Assembly: GCF_006345805.1 (NCBI RefSeq)
Contig: NC_042998.1
Span: 80,104,001-80,168,000, forward strand
Direction of reading: 5' to 3'
Length of the DNA stretch: 64,000 nucleotides
Source of the DNA: Octopus sinensis
Lineage: Eukaryota
Part shown: piece by piece, positions 52,501 to 64,000 of the stretch
Numbering within the stretch: the stretch's first letter is position 1
Layout: each line of letters opens with the position of its first letter
Translations under genes and position numbers: made by a program
The notes under the pieces: model-generated
What the model saw: the letters and a program-made list of their open reading frames with translations, nothing else
What the model was told of the DNA's origin: nothing
Databases searched by the model: none

Positions 52501-54329
52501 CCATACAAGTGGTGGTCTTCCATAAAAAACATATCTGGGCATGAGAAAATATTATTATGTTTGGAAACGAGTGAAAGTTGGTGATAAGGACATCTGTCCA
52601 CAGAAAAATCTGCCTCAACAAATTCTGTCAGATCTAAAGTATCTAAAAGTGGACATTAAAACAATGATAATGAGAAAGAGGAAGAGGATATTATGATTAA
52701 TAAAAGAAAGTAAGCAATAGTTTTCTGTATTTTTTTTCCTAATATTTAACTTCAAAATATAAAGCTTTCTTTAACTACCCTACAAAGGGTGCCAGTAATT
52801 GTTTAATTTCCACTCTGTTAGTAATCCTTTAATCTCCAGTGTACCACAAAACTAAAAAGTTGTTTTATGTGGTCACTCAATCCATTAGAAGTAGCAGCCA
52901 GATTTTCCTCGGATCCGACCCTATCATCTCAAAGTAGGGTATAATGGATAATTCATTCTGGGGTAGACAACTTTTGATAAAAAGTCAAGTAGTTACAGCT
53001 TGAATACCTTTAATCATGATACAGATGAGCTGAGAGATAAACATAGGTTTGCTCAATCAAGGCTGACTTGGGGCAGTAACAACAAATGGTAAAGCAGTAA
53101 CAGATCAACTTGCAATAAACTCGTGAACAAAGCAGTAGATCTCGAACTCCTTGATTTTGTGACAAGCAAGAAATCAAACATAAATGAATGACATACATCT
53201 CAAAGAAAGTTAAAAAAAAAAAAAAAAAAATAGATGCTATTTTAAAATTCTAAACTTTAGAAAAAAAATTCTTCTGTCGAGGTTGACTTTGCCTTTCATT
53301 CTTTCAGTCACCATAAAATGAGTACCAGTTGAGTACTGGGGTTGATATAATCAACTTACTCCTCCCCAGAAATTGCTGGCCTCTCGCCAAAATTTTAAAC
53401 CATGAATTAATTATCTTTTGTTTCTTTTCTTATGTTTTTAGTCAGGAGAAAAGGGCCTCAGAGACAGCTGAAAGGAAAGGAGAAAAGTATCCTTAAACTA
53501 GAGACTTGACCCCAATGATTTCAACAGAATGGACTCTACTAAAAGCACTCAAGATGCCAGCTGATAGTGTTATATTGGGTAATGTATTAAGGCCTACCAA
53601 GTGGAACCTGGCAGGATTTGAACTCAGAATGCATGGAGCTGGAATCAGTTCAACATTCTTACGGTTCTACCAATCCCTCACTCTGAATAGGTAATTTTTT
53701 TTTATCAACCCTGAAAGAATGAAATGCAAACTCAATCTCTGCAGGATCTGAACTAAGAGTGCCAAGTGTCAGAACAAATACAACACAGTATTCTATCCTA
53801 TGCTCAAATAACTCTGACAACTCACTGCCTAAATAAAATTATGAATAACATATTTCTTATATAAGTTAAGTGTGAATTTGCTAAAGTCTTAAATTATATT
53901 TATAACACACATCAACATTAATAGATCTCCTTCGCAGTGTATCAGTGCACTGTGGTGCACCGTTTCAAAACCATTGGGGATAAAATATGAGATCTTTTAC
54001 ATGCTGATAACACAAGTAATTTAAGTTCAAGTCTCTCCATGGATGAATGCCAAAAGAAGGAAGTTGGAAAAAATAAATGGTGAAGACATGGACTCTACAA
54101 GCTGCAGCATAGGTAGCCTGTCTAGGAGAGAAATTCTAGTAAATAAGTAGAGAAACTGGCACATCAAAGGGGGGACGTTACCTCTATAGAAAGTATCTTT
54201 TGCACCTATACTGACTACATTTCATTTCACTTGAACTTCGTGTGTGTATGTTTTGCTGTTTTCAGTATTATCAATTCTATAAGTGTGTGTGTTTCTGAGT
54301 CTGTTACGTCTATAGTAAACTGTAGTAAA

Positions 54330-54635
54330 GAACATTTTATGCTGTTTTAATGAGCCCACATCTAATGAAGTAGCTATCCTGATGGTTGGTGATCCCATTG
54401 AAAATCATGATATTCTCATTCATGTTCAAGATAACAACCTTAAACGTGTTTCACAGACTCATCCCTCTTATGATGCTCTCCAGTATAATCTTATTCTGTG
54501 GAATGGAGAAAATGGGTATTATTTCAATATTCCTCGGACTGAACCTGCAACAGGATAGCCAATTACCAACAAAAGGGTGTCGCCAAATGACTTCTATTCT
54601 TACCAACTGATGTTAAGACTAGAACAATCAAATCA
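54330..54635 (+). mobile_element. Helitron Rep/helicase coding fragment (pseudogenised)
   Basis: FNEPTSNEVAILMVGDPIENHDILIHVQDNNLKRVSQTHPSYDALQYNLILWNGENGYYFNI...*...KRVSPNDFYSYQLMLR matches the remembered Helitron motif (FNAPT.NEVA...H.SYDALQYPL.FW.GEDGY...FY.YRLM.R). One in-frame TAG. Confidence 0.85.
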
Positions 54636-54851
54636 TTTCTACTATAGGCACAAGACCTGAAATTTCGGGGTAGTGAACCAGTCAATTACATTAACCCCCA
54701 GTATCTCACTGATACTGATTTAATGGATGCCGAAAGGGTGAAAGGCAAAGTTGATCCCGGCAGCATTTGAACTCAGAATGTAAAGACAGGCAAAATGCCA
54801 CTCAAGCATTTTGCACAGCATGCAAACGATTCTGCCAGCTTGCCACCTTCC
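54636..54851 (-). mobile_element. SINE family A inserted into the Helitron fragment
   Basis: 15-bp TSD AGAACAATCAAATCA at 54621-54635 and 54852-54866. Confidence 0.9.
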
Positions 54852-56250
54852 AGAACAATCAAATCAATTACACATGTCAAATAAACTTTATTTTCATTTA
54901 CATATTTTCTATGTTATCTCAATAATAACCAGCTATAGTTATTTCAAATACACTTCTCTACAACGACCAGGTTTCATTACAAAATGAAAATAGTTTTACA
55001 CTTTCAATTTGAACCAAAATTACAAAGTGTTGTATTATGAGAGTGACAATGTGTGAATTTACCCATCACCTCACCATTTTCAAAAAGCTACACGCTCCCA
55101 ATGTTTCACTTTTAGCTTTTTGGAAACCAGGGAAGTTTCTTCAGAAATAATGTTGTTTACCTGTTGTTTCTAGCATGTTGGGTTTTCTGGTGGTGGTCTG
55201 GTATTTTTTAAGTCTACTATTTCAGTAGAAATGCAGGAAACAGACAAAAGTGAAAGACTGGGAGATTTTAACTTTCTGAAAGCTGGTAGATGATGGGTGG
55301 GCGAGGTGGGGGAAGGGGTATTGAGTGTTTCTTAAAGAAAAATTAAACTATAAAATATATATACATATATATATTTCCCAGATTCATAATCTCTGTGATT
55401 TTCTACGTAGATAACATAAAAAAAAAAAAAAATTTTTTTAAAGTTACAAATTAAGAAATCACAGTGGGGACAGAGGGAAATAAAAATTTTGAAAATGTGA
55501 CTTTTGGACAAAATCATATTAACCCCTTTTTATACGACGAAACAATACATAGTTTCTGATCCTTCTTCAGAACAGAAAGCACTTTCATGCAAACCCATGC
55601 AAATTATAACCTTGCCCTTCACTATCTAACAAAAACTAACTTCCATTATTCCATTAACTATATAGCAGCTGTGCTGATTCTGCCCATAAGAAAGGAGCAA
55701 ATAATATGATGTGCTTGTAGGTCATAACACTCGGGCAACACCAGGATGCATTGATGTTTTCTGCTGTTATCAGTGTAAGATACTGAAGGACTGTGATAGG
55801 TGGTGAAGTACTGTAAGGTATGTCCAGCCATGCCAACATAGAAAAACAGACATGATGGTGGTGATGATGATGATACATCTATTATTTATGGACTAAGGTC
55901 ATGCTGGAGTATCACTTTCAAAACTGGTTTTAGTTGATTATATCAATTCTAGTACTTTGAGTGGTACTTGTTTATACCCTCCTCATTCTCGTCTTCTTAT
56001 CATTATCATTTAATGTCTTTCTCTTTCTCTCTCTCTTTATTTATATATATATATATATATATACATGATGGGTTTTTTCAGTTTTCATCTACAAAATCCA
56101 CTTGCAAGTAAAAGACACTTACACAAAGTACCACACATTGGGATTGAACCCAAGATCACATGACTGGAAAGCAAGCTTCTAAACCACACAGACATACCTG
56201 ACCCTACAAGTTATGTGTGCAGTTTTATTTTATGTCTACACTTTAAATTC

Positions 56251-56541
56251 TGGCATGCCCACTAAAAAAGCAGCCAGTCCACACTGTAAAGTAGTTGGCA
56301 TTTGGAAGGGCACCCAGCTGTAAAAAACCATGCTAAAACTGACCTCACTTGTGCTGGTGCCATGTAAAAAGCACTCAGCTCACTCAGTGGGGTGGTTGGT
56401 ATTAGGAAGGGCATCCAGCCTTAAAAATCCTGCCAAAACAGACACAGAAGACTGGTGCAGGCTCCTGCCTGGCCAGCTCCTGTCTAATCATCCAACCCAT
56501 GTAAACATGGAAAACAGATGTTAAAAGACGATGATGATGAT
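56251..56541 (+). mobile_element. Family C-related retroposon, diverged
   Basis: GGAAGGGCATCCAGCC...CCAACCCATGTAAACATGGAAAACAGATGTTAAAAGAC(GAT)n. Confidence 0.75.
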
Positions 56542-56629
56542 TATGTTTCTAATCTCATGTAATGCCATTTGAAAAATACAATTTAACCCCCTACAAGAGA
56601 AACAGTCAGCATAGAACAAGAAACACTAG

Positions 56630-56719
56630 CACTAGCCCACCGGGCATATGGCGTAGTGGTTAAGAGCGCAGGCTACTAACCCCAAGATTCCAAGTTTGAT
56701 TCCAAGGAGTGACTTGAAC

Positions 56720-56753
<34 letters not shown>

Positions 56754-56899
56754 TCGAAAAATACCCGAGGAATGAGAACCCAGGTTCAAAATTTCCCCAA
56801 ACACCTGAAGAAGGTTGGAGGGTATATTAGCTGAAACGGTGTGTTAACAACAAACAAGATGAGGACAAATATCTGTTGAATGTAAATAATGTAAATAAG
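56630..56899 (+). mobile_element. tRNA-headed SINE with internal (AAT)n and a hammerhead-like 3' part
   Basis: A-box TGGCGTAGTGG (56649-56659), degenerate B-box AGTTTGATTCC (56693-56703), 10-bp TSD GAAACACTAG (56620-56629 and 56900-56909). Confidence 0.85.
56800..56845 (+). ncRNA. Minimal type I hammerhead ribozyme fold (Penelope-type), probably inactive in this copy
   Basis: Stem I AACAC/GTGTT, core CTGAAGA, extra A, stem II GGTTG/TAGCT (3 G-U pairs) with 10-nt loop, then GAAAC. Cleavage triplet reads GGT rather than GUH. Confidence 0.6.
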
Positions 56900-57529
56900 G
56901 AAACACTAGATTTTTAACACTAATCACATGCAAATCTTCAATCAAAACAGCACACCTATAGGCTCTGTTTTGTATGGTTCAGTGGCTTCCTGACAGATCA
57001 CTCCATTATGTCCTGTGCTGGTAGTTCTACCTCTCTCAGCCTTGATTCCTGCTCTACACAACTACAAGATTTGGTTTTGTTACTCCTATTATTTCTCCTA
57101 TGCATCAGCTATGTATTTACCACCACTCCACCAACACCTACTCCTCCGCATAACCTTCGACATCCAAGCATCATCTGCATGCAACCTAAACACCTCATGT
57201 CAAATCTACAAAAAACTCTATGGACATAAGTCTGCTTAATGAGGGTTGACCTGGTGTTAAACAACAACAATAATCTTCAAATAATCCATAGCTTTGCATT
57301 GAGTTATAGTCAAAGATAAGACTGGTGTGTGATATTTTGCAGTTGTAACATCTCTATTTCTCATACAGCAGTGTCAGAACAAATACAACACAGCATGCTG
57401 TCTGCCAAAATTGCTCACAAGGCATTGGCTAGCTCAGGGCTATAAGACACAAGGTGCTTTGTAGCAAGACTGAACACTAAACCATATATTTGCAACACAG
57501 ACTTTTTAACCACATAGCCACAATGGTGA

Positions 57530-57584
<55 letters not shown>

Positions 57585-57711
57585 CATGCTTTTGATGGTT
57601 GTTAATGAATTTATAAGACATAAAATTTGGGGTGGATAAATTGCAGGAGGTGGAACCTGAAGTTCCAGTTAAGTAGTGAGAGAGAAAGGGAGGATAACAA
57701 TACACACACAC

Positions 57712-57743
<32 letters not shown>

Positions 57744-57749
57744 CATCAT

Positions 57750-57796
<47 letters not shown>

Positions 57797-57991
57797 ATAT
57801 AAAGGAGATATCAAAGTATACATTAACATTTATCAGTGGAAAAGTCATCAGTGTCATCACCACATCTGTTATCATCGTCATTAATTTTGTCATCAGTTAC
57901 ATCAAACCCATTGTTCTTATAAATTCATTAACAATGTGTGTGTGTATGTGTGTGTATGTATCCAGTTATAGTATAGATACATTTATAAAGT

Positions 57992-58049
<58 letters not shown>

Positions 58050-58844
58050 AGAGAGAAAGAGAGAGACATTGAATATATTAAAATATATCAAAATATAAAT
58101 ATAAGTAAGATAAACATTCATTCACCTTAATTCAACTAAAATATAAAAAGCATAAAAAGAAAGGAAACAAAAAACACTAAGTGAAAGTTAAATTAATCCA
58201 CCTCTAGCTTGAACAAATTAAATATTACTATTAATCCCCCCGCCACAAAATATAGATATTAAATCCTCACAAAATGATTTCTAATCTATATAACAAGTAA
58301 ATAAAATTGCAGTAAAATGAAATACAATAGATTAAGGGAAGAGTAAAATAACAGAAAAAGGAATTAGGGGGCTGTTTGGTAGAATAAATCTAGTGATAAA
58401 GCTAAGAATTGGCATCAGGCCTAGCTGCTAGCAGCATTATTGGCAAACAAATAACTTTATTGATTTTATAAACAAACAATATATTTTTTTTTAATCAATA
58501 CAACTGATTACTGATGGGTGATGGGGGGGGGAGTAAAAACAGGTTCAGTGGCTGGGAATTCAGCCCCAAGATCTTGGTTAATTTCATGGGTTAAAATGAA
58601 TGTAGGAAGGGAAGATTGCAATACTTAATAGAATTTAATGTATTTTGGGGCTGTTTTTTTTTTTCTTCTTTTTCCCCTTTCTTCCCTTTTCTAATAAGAT
58701 TTCTTAACAGAGACCCTTGCTTCTTTTGAATTTAACATTTCTTAGCTATTTTGAAACATAAAAGAAGCGAATCCTATAGAGATTCAAGTGGATACATTAG
58801 TTAAATAATATTGTGGAAGATAATAATAATAATAACAATAATGG

Positions 58845-59215
58845 CATCAAATCTTGGCACAAGGTCAGCAAGTTCAGGAGAGGGTGGTAGTCAATAACAT
58901 CAACCCCAGTGATCAGCTGCTACTTATTTCATCAACCCCGAAGGGATGAAAGGCAAAGTGAACCTTAGCAACATTTGAACTCAGAAAGTGGAGTCAGAAG
59001 AAATGCTACTAAGGCCTGAAAATTTTGGGAGAGGAGACAGCCAATTACATTGAACCCCCCCCCCCCAGTGCTCAATGATACGTATTTTATTAATCCCAAA
59101 AGGATAAAAAGCAAAGTCAACCTCAGCAGAATTTGAACTCAGAATGTAAAGATGAATGAAATGCCACTAAGCAGTTTGCTTAGCATGCTAACAATTCTGC
59201 CAGCTAGCCACAGGG
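58845..59215 (-). mobile_element. Two tandem family A SINE copies
   Basis: Two AAAGTSAACCTYAGCAR...TTTGAACTCAGAA blocks on +. Confidence 0.8.
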
Positions 59216-59805
59216 GCAAAGATGATGGGTCATCACAAGGAATATTCAGCATGTTAAAATCCCAAACCAGCTTCACTTTAGAACAAAAATTCCTCTACCA
59301 ACTCAAGTTTACAAGTTTCTTGAACAGAACTTTATTTGAAACTAGCCCAACAACTCACTCTGCTATACTTCTATACATTATATCAAACCAGTAGTTCTTA
59401 CACATACACACACCTATTCTGTCTGTCTGTCACTTTCTTTCTCTCTCTCTAGTAATGTCACTTTGGAAATTATCCTTCAATTAAGGATCATCCAAAAAGG
59501 GCTTTACCGCTCCCTGAACATACAACACAACATGCCCAAAGACATTTTTTTACTAATACTCTCCCAGCCATTACCCACTATCCCCAGATAATACCACTAA
59601 TACTTTCCTAGCCAATTCCCACAACATATCCAAAGACACTGTCTCTCATGTTCACCCATCCACTACCCACAACATATCTAAAACATAGTCACTAGTTCTA
59701 TCTCCATTCACCTTCTTTAAGTTGTCGAAACAACAGGTTCAACTTAAAAGATACCCCCTATGTTAAAGAAATTACATAGCTACCATGCACTCTTCTTCAG
59801 CTTAC

Positions 59806-59864
59806 ATTTGACCCAGAAGTTCAGATTGATCAAAGTAATCAGCTTCATGCTTGTATTTCTCATT
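59806..59864 (-). CDS. Possible internal exon (NEKYKHEADYFDQSELLGQ)
   Basis: TTGTTTATACTTATTGCAG acceptor, AAT|GTAAGC donor, open frame, unique sequence. No partner exon established. Confidence 0.25.
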
Positions 59865-60040
59865 CTGCAATAAGTATAAACAATAGTTGCCTGTCACTCT
59901 TACTTCATAGATCAATAAAGCACAGGTGAAAAGTCATTCAACTTCCTTTTCAACTGCTAAAATTTCACTTCAAAAATGTCCAAATTTGTAAAAACCACAA
60001 CATCTACATAAACACAGTATATATTTTATGCAAATGTGTT

Positions 60041-60283
60041 TTTCCATCCTTCCATCCATTTTCATTGCCCATTGTTTCTGGGAAAATCATGAGAATAAAG
60101 TCTTCGTGTATCTCCTCCATAAGATCCTATCAAAAGCAACCATCATTACACTTTCCAGCTGGATTCCCAAACATGACCAGCTGAGACTATGGATATTGTT
60201 CTACCATCTCACTCTTGGTCTATCCCTGGGTCTCCAAGAATCTGTTTTGCAATCCTTTCCTGTGACATCCTAACCACATGACC
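60041..60283 (-). mobile_element. RTE-clade (REX3/Expander-like) LINE 3' remnant
   Basis: GHVVRMSQERIAKQIL...RPRVRW*NNIHSLSWSCLGIQLESV...DRILWRR and a (GGAT)-like tail resemble the remembered REX3-type C-terminus (RPRTRWRDY.S.LAW.RLGIP...DREVW). Confidence 0.75.
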
Positions 60284-61519
60284 ATGTGACTGGGCACAGT
60301 GATGTAGGGATGAAAATAAATTTTTTGTTAAATAAGCTTAATTGTTGTTTGTAACAAAGTACAAGTCCAGAAATTAGTGGGGAAAGGGTGCTTTATTTTA
60401 TCAACCCTGAAAGGATGACAGGTAAGGTTGACGTCAGTAGGATTTGAACTCAGAGTATAAAGAACTGAAAGAAATACTGCAAAGAGTTTTATTAATCCAT
60501 TGACCTAAGTGAAGCTGATAATTATGACTGCAACATTAGCAATGTCAACAAAAAATGAAAAATTATAATGTTCACTGCAATACTGCAGTTGATAATGAGG
60601 ATGATATTGATGTAATGCTAAATGAATGTGTAATACTACAACAATCAATTTACCCCTTATACCCTCAACAAAACAAAAAAAGAATAACACTTTTCTTCTT
60701 ATTTATATATTTTTTAATAGCATTATCACTATTTTTTGTTCTTCACAAATATTATTTCAGTATAATATCAAAGAAATTTCTGGAAACAAAAGAATGTAAA
60801 TGAGAGGAACTGGATTGTTTATTTGTAAAGCCAATGTAAGCAATCCATATTTTAACCACAGCAGAGAAAGAATCGTGCACTTTGTTGGCATGTCAAACTG
60901 GAGAGTTGCCAGTGGCCTTCTGCTGAATGGCATGTGAACTTGAAATCAACTTTGCGCAATTTATACACATATAAAAACAACACAGACAGGAACCCCACTA
61001 ACATACACAAACAAGCTTCAACAACTCTTTCATGATGCAGAAAAGTAGAAGTAAGAGTGAGATTAATCCCACAAACAGTATGTGTGTATGTATCTATTTT
61101 ACACATACACACACACTGTTGAGCATGCATATTCAAAACATACACTTCCAAATAATTAAAACAGTATATATGGATGAAGTGTTAATCAGTGAATGGTGTT
61201 TGGAGATGTGTGGAGATATTCAATTGAGGATTATTGGGTGAAGTGTATAAAATGCTGCAAATATGAGAGATGCTCAAAGGAAACTGTGGATAAGATAATT
61301 AAACTTGGCCTCAGACAAGATATTTAAGCCTGACCTCAATGTGTGTTTGTGTGTGTAGTTAAAAAGTTTACCAGACAATTATGAGGTCCTGTATTCATGT
61401 GTACTGAATGCCATAACTGGACATACTTGACTTAAAAATAATATTCATTTTATTCGTTTTACATCTGATTTTTCCATGCTTGCATGGGTTGGACCAATAG
61501 GCTATTTAACCCTTTAACA

Positions 61520-61847
61520 CTGTGGTTCTCAACCAAGGTTCATATAAATTTTTTTGCGGGGGGGGGGGGGTCATGTACCAAAATAGTAAGTTGTGGATCC
61601 ACAATAGTATTTTAAGGGCCCTTGAAAAAAAATTGCTTTAGATGTATGTATTGCAAAACACAGCATAGTTTTTCTCTGACATTTTACAAAGTTCAACCTT
61701 CAAAGGTTAATATGTGAAAAGCAAAATAAGAATTTTGAAAGAAGTTTCTATAAAACTAGTTTTTAGATATCAAATGGTTATGGGGACCCACAAGAATAAA
61801 ATAGTAATGAAAGGGGTCCATAGGTAAAAGATGGTTTAGAACTCCTG
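61520..61847. mobile_element. hAT MITE nested in a piggyBac-like MITE
   Basis: Degenerate TIRs CTGTGGTTCTCAACC / GGTTTAGAACTCCTG and 8-bp TSD CTTTAACA / CTTTAGCA. The right end is homologous to the inverted left end of 6760-7019. Confidence 0.8.
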
Positions 61848-63604
61848 CTTTAGCATTTAAACCAGCCATATCCAGCCCAAGTATTCTACCTGTTTTATGC
61901 TGAAGCCAGCCAGATCCAGCCCATCACACCTACCCTTCAACGACTTTGTAAAAATATATAATCAAAACATCAAAATTTCAAAGTTACAGGGTAATATATG
62001 ATTAATTAAAAACACTGTGAACCAAAAAGAAAAAAGACATCCGACAGAGTAATCTGAATGTTAAAGGCATTGTTTTATAGATGGATACTCTTGTTTTCAT
62101 GAGATCTCATACTGCACGCTACTTCAAAGGTACAAAGTATAAGTAATCTGTTAACTTAAGGAACTGACAACAACACTGTCCACTGCACTTTGATACAAGT
62201 GAATACACATGTAAACATACTCAAAACATGGGCCTTTTGTATTGTCTCCATCAATCAGTATCAGTCAGAAAGTATTGATTACCCCAAGGCCATATAGTAG
62301 AAGACAGTTGCCCAAGCTTCCACATAATGGGGTAGAACTCAATCTGATAGGTTAAACAAAACAAAACAAATATATATATATATATATATAAAACTGAAGC
62401 ATTGTTTTACATACATACACCAACACATACACAATGTATTTGAGTGTTTGTATGGTCAAGAAGTTGTGAGGAGTATCAAGTATATTGCACCTGTAATTTA
62501 CAGGGACAGTCTTGTCACATATCACCAGGTTTTGCTGATTCTACCAAAATGTCACATCAAGAGTACATGTCTGCAGAACACTCATACTTTATACAAATAC
62601 ATTCATACTTTAAGTAGGTAATCCACTTTATCATGCAACCAGAAGACTCAACATTGAAACTGTTAGAGGAAGCATTTGACAACAGGAATGAATAAACAGA
62701 GTTACTTCCATGTGTTTAATAAACATAGTTTTAACCTCATAGTGAGAAACAACATCTTATTAAACCACAGGGCCTTCAGTAGCCAGGTTGAAAAACCAGA
62801 TCAACTAGGTTCAACTTCATCAAAGCTTTATCAGGATTTGTTTACTTTCTCCTAACCAATGTGAGAATATTGTGATACTGTATAAGGAATATATAAACAA
62901 GCTCAGGATAGACCTGACTTGATCGCATTTATATATCAGAGGACAGTTTAGTTACATTAACTAAATAGGGCACTGACACAGTTGTATTTGAGGTTTGGCA
63001 CTGCCAGTTTGGTATCAACGATTCAATACGGAGTTATTTGACATCAGACATTTTAATGTTTCTGTCACTCTCTCTCTCTTCTTCTGTTTATGTGTAAGCA
63101 TATTTCTTTTATTGTATGAGGAGAGGGAAAATGTCTAAGTCAATCATGATGAGTATCTGTATGTATATATTTTTTAGTGTTTGCCTCTAGCATCAAAGAA
63201 CTACTGTTGTCAAAACAGGCTGAATGTCCAGTCAACCATGCCTAATCATAAGCATTCTAACAGCTGCAGCCAATCATCTCATTTTCAGTAAATAATACTC
63301 AGTACTGAATAATGAAAGCTAGTGAACATCAGTACAGTACAGTGAACAAAGGTAAACAACCATCAGTACAGTTAATGTGGATGGTGGTAAAGTATTGTGA
63401 AAGCAATTTTACAATGCAGCACAATAAAAGAAACTAACCATTATTAAAGAAAGTAACCAGCTATAGAGTACAATGAAAGAAAAACATGTGCAACGTGGAT
63501 TATGTAGGATATGCAAAAAACTAGTAAGATATCTCACAGATGTGTACAATAAACCACAGATATGTAAGAGATATGATGAAGATGACACAGATAGATAATA
63601 ATGA

Positions 63605-63935
63605 TCATCATCATCATTTAATGTCTATGTTCCATGCTGATGAGCTGGACAGTTTGACAGGATGTAATGGGTCCAAGGACAGCATTATGCTTCAGTATTT
63701 GCTTTAGCATGGTTTCTATGGCCAGATGCCCTTCCACATGACAACCACTTTACAGTGCTTACAGGGTTTCTTTTCTCGCCAATACTTGTGAGGTCACCAT
63801 ACAGCTTGCCAAGACTATGAAACCTGAAGGAGGGGTGGTTTTATATGCTAGGAGATGAGTGTTAAGCTATGAGAAGAGGAAGTGGAGCAGAGCAAACCTA
63901 GTTGTGGAGGAGCTACATGGCTACTCACATTTAGT
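63605..63935 (-). mobile_element. Family C-related retroposon with extended 5' part
   Basis: (CAT)n then TCCATGCTG...GATGCCCTTCC. Similar extensions at 12540-12940 and 33215-33550. Confidence 0.65.
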
Positions 63936-64000
63936 GGAGAGAGTGCGAATGAATCAGTAGGAGCAGCAAAGAAATAGAAAATATTATGAGAAGACATAAT

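Noticed and set aside
55226-55285. Plus-strand 60-nt exon-like segment (EMQETDKSERLGDFNFLKA)
   Set aside because: Weak donor (GTAGAT), no partner exon, and the surroundings look like transposon debris.
56960-57280. Possible CR1/L2 LINE 3' remnant ending in (AAC)n
   Set aside because: No diagnostic peptide motif could be aligned convincingly.

Overview
AT-rich, microsatellite-dense animal DNA. The SINE families and simple repeats match what I recall of octopod cephalopods (Octopus sp.); this is inference, not a database hit. The window is mostly intronic or intergenic. It holds several tRNA-derived SINE families, a head-less SINE-like family with a (GAT)n tail, hAT, piggyBac-like and Tc2-like MITEs, a non-autonomous Helitron, and decayed coding fragments of a Helitron, two RTE-type LINEs and a CR1-type LINE. 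No complete protein-coding gene is recognisable, and almost all listed ORFs are microsatellite or repeat artefacts. The best host-gene signal is a minus-strand two-exon 3' end at 8.5-9.0 kb whose 270-nt intron holds a box C/D snoRNA-like motif set. The most unusual element is a TSD-flanked tRNA-headed SINE (56630-56899) carrying a minimal Penelope-type hammerhead ribozyme fold. Two long foldback structures (24.0 kb; 30.7-31.7 kb) could form dsRNA. All coordinates and alignments were read by eye.
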